Of a stretch of 64,000 nt of DNA, positions 61,977-64,000 are shown in pieces. Both the position numbers and the translations under genes were made by a program. Under the pieces are notes generated by a model, which searched no databases, was not told the origin of the DNA, and saw only the letters and a program-made list of their open reading frames with translations. Source of the stretch: Candidatus Latescibacterota bacterium. Its GTDB lineage: Bacteria > Latescibacterota > UBA2968 > UBA8231. The DNA lies in contig CBDETK010000013.1 of assembly GCA_965242865.1 (NCBI GenBank), positions 1,632,001-1,696,000 on the forward strand, read 5' to 3'. Each line of letters starts with the position of its first letter. The first letter of the stretch is position 1.

Positions 61977-64000
61977 GGCATATCCGTGGTGCGTTGTGGG
62001 TCTTTGCGGTGTCGCTTACTACGACGCTGGCCCATGCCCAGCGCACGGCCGACTCCCTCCACGTCGTCGGCGAGACCATCGTCACGGGCGCGCGGCTGGC
62101 CATCCCCCGCGCCAACGCCATTGCCACCAAGATGCCGCTGCCCCTGCACAAAACCCCCTTGAGCGTCGGCATCGTCACCCAAGCCCAGATCGAAGCGCAG
62201 GATGGCGCGACACTCGGCGACGCGCTGGCCAACGTCAGTGGCGTTGGCGTCCACACCAACTTCGGCGTCCACGACCTGTTTTACCTGCGCGGCTTTGACT
62301 CGCTCGCCAACGGCTTGGTGCTCTCCGACGGAGCACCTGAACCCGAAGCGACCTTCTATCAGCTTTACAACGTAGCCCGCGTTGAGGCCCTCAAAGGGCC
62401 GGGGGCCTTCCTCTACGGCGGCAATCCCCTGTCGGGCACGATCAACCTCGTCCGCAAGCGGCCGGTTCCGGCCAGCCCTTTCGCCCGGATCAACGCCTCG
62501 GTCGGGAGCTTCTCCACTTACCGCGCTACCCTCGATGTGGGCCGCCCGGGGTGGCGCGTCAACGCTCTGTGGCAGGACTCGGAAGGCTACCGCGACGGCA
62601 AAGACAGTTCGATTCTCGCCGTAAACCCGACGCTGCGGCTGGACCTCGGCGCACGAGCGACCCTGCACCTCGACTTCGAGTACTTGACGAGCGAACACCG
62701 CTCGGACTCGGGGCTGCCCATCGTCAACGGCGCATTGCCCGACGTGCCGCGCACCCGCTCCTACCAGTCGCCCTTTGACCGCTCCTCTCAGGCCATCCAG
62801 CGCGCCCGCGCCGATTGGGAGTGGCACCTAACGCCTAATTTTACGGTGCGCGACAAACTCTACTACACCCACCTCGACTGGCCCTCGCAGGGCACCCTCT
62901 TCAACGGGGCTTTCCCCAATGCCGCTGGTTCGCTCGACCTCGCCCGCAGCTTGCTCGATCTCGACGACCAGCAGCGGATTGTCGGCAACCAACTCGAAGG
63001 GCTGCTCGCACTGCACACCGGCGGCATTGAGCACCAGCTCCTCTTGGGCGTGGAGATCGCCCACCACACAGACGACTTCACGCTCGACATGGCCTTGCTT
63101 TCGCAGGTCGATCTGTTCACCCTCAACGCGACGTTGCCGCCGAATTTGGCCGCCTCCATGTCGGCCGATTCCCTCCGGGTCCCCCTCCCCGACCAAGCGA
63201 CAGCCGGTCAGACCGCGGCGCAACTGCTGGCCCCCTACGTCGTCGATCGCATCATCGTCAGCCCGCACTTTGAGCTGTTGCTCGGAGGCCGCTTCGACTG
63301 GATTGACTACGAGGACGATCGCACCGCGACCCAGCGCGATTACCGACAGGTCAGCCCCATGTTCGGCGCGGTCTTTGCTCCGAGCCAAGCCCTTTCGCTA
63401 TACGTCAACGCGGGCCGCGCTTTTGCCGCGCCTTCCGCGCAAGTCGTCGGCGACCGCGCGCCCGAGGAAAGCACCCAATACGAAATCGGCGTCAAAGCCG
63501 CGCTGCTCAACGGCCACCTCAACCTCAACGGCGCGGTCTTTACCCTCGACAAAGAGCGCATCGCCATCCCGGACGACAACGGGATCACCCAGCAACTCGG
63601 CAACCAACGCGCTCGGGGCTTGGAGTTGGAACTGGCCGCGCAACGGTCCACATGGTACGCCCAAGGCACCTATACCTATCTAGACGCCGAGCTGACGCGC
63701 TTTAGCGAATCCGTATTCGTCCCCACCGCCGAGGGCTTCGTCCCCCAAGTATTCGACCGCACGGGCAACGCACCGGCCTTCGCGCCCGAGCACCTTTTGA
63801 CCCTGTGGGCGGCCCGCGACATGGGCAACTTCACCGTGGCCGCTGGCCTCCGCTACGTCGGCCGCCAATTCGTGGCCGAGGACAATGTCTATGCGATCGA
63901 CGGCGCGCTGACGCTCGACTGTGGGCTGACCTACCGGCAGGGGCCGGGACAGCTGCGGCTCAACCTCAAGAACGCAACCGGCCGCGCATACGAGACCCGC
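61973..64000 (+). CDS. TonB-dependent receptor (siderophore-receptor-like), 3' truncated by window edge; absent from the ORF track
   Basis: ATGA overlap; MRHIRGALWVFAVSLTTTLAHA signal; ETIVTG TonB box; TPLSVGIVT, LRGF, RVEALKGP...LYGG...GTINLV plug; QYEIGVK and RARGLELE barrel strands; same frame at the window end. Confidence 0.9.
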   Translation, partial: MRHIRGALWVFAVSLTTTLAHAQRTADSLHVVGETIVTGARLAIPRANAIATKMPLPLHKTPLSVGIVTQAQIEAQDGATLGDALANVSGVGVHTNFGVHDLFYLRGFDSLANGLVLSDGAPEPEATFYQLYNVARVEALKGPGAFLYGGNPLSGTINLVRKRPVPASPFARINASVGSFSTYRATLDVGRPGWRVNALWQDSEGYRDGKDSSILAVNPTLRLDLGARATLHLDFEYLTSEHRSDSGLPIVNGALPDVPRTRSYQSPFDRSSQAIQRARADWEWHLTPNFTVRDKLYYTHLDWPSQGTLFNGAFPNAAGSLDLARSLLDLDDQQRIVGNQLEGLLALHTGGIEHQLLLGVEIAHHTDDFTLDMALLSQVDLFTLNATLPPNLAASMSADSLRVPLPDQATAGQTAAQLLAPYVVDRIIVSPHFELLLGGRFDWIDYEDDRTATQRDYRQVSPMFGAVFAPSQALSLYVNAGRAFAAPSAQVVGDRAPEESTQYEIGVKAALLNGHLNLNGAVFTLDKERIAIPDDNGITQQLGNQRARGLELELAAQRSTWYAQGTYTYLDAELTRFSESVFVPTAEGFVPQVFDRTGNAPAFAPEHLLTLWAARDMGNFTVAAGLRYVGRQFVAEDNVYAIDGALTLDCGLTYRQGPGQLRLNLKNATGRAYETR

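Noticed and set aside
1-64000. tRNA, rRNA, integrase or prophage genes
   Set aside because: None recognised by eye; tRNAscan-SE or Infernal would be needed to exclude small RNAs.

Overview
GC-rich bacterial chromosomal window. The PhyH-dioxygenase tandem, DUF6785 membrane protein, PQQ-like beta-propellers, UBact, ankyrin/FN3 domains and many TA modules suggest a Latescibacterota/Handelsmanbacteria/Poribacteria-like lineage, possibly a sponge symbiont (inference only). In order: the end of a peptide ABC transporter operon; an FN3-sugar dehydrogenase-cytochrome c fusion with a C13 tract; oxidoreductases; four PhyH dioxygenases interrupted by a repeat-flanked TA cassette; a decayed low-GC island (OLD-like ATPase, IS630, ParA relic, m6A methyltransferase) between inverted MITE-like copies; a complete arc-dop-ubact-prcB-prcA-pafA operon; lepB; a three-dynamin LeoABC/Eleos-like operon whose last member carries ankyrin repeats; cysS and catabolic genes; a wHTH+TIR module. 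The best candidate for an undescribed system is the ~16 kb co-directional cluster at 48215->64000. It joins four secreted PQQ-like beta-propellers, a GriC/GriD (EhpF/EhpG)-like carboxylate reductase pair, an Fe-alcohol dehydrogenase, a HemN-like radical SAM enzyme and a TonB-dependent receptor. Inside it sits a DUF3800 gene preceded by its own promoter and a small terminated structured RNA, a type III TA-like layout. All family assignments come from motif recognition by eye; no database searches were run.
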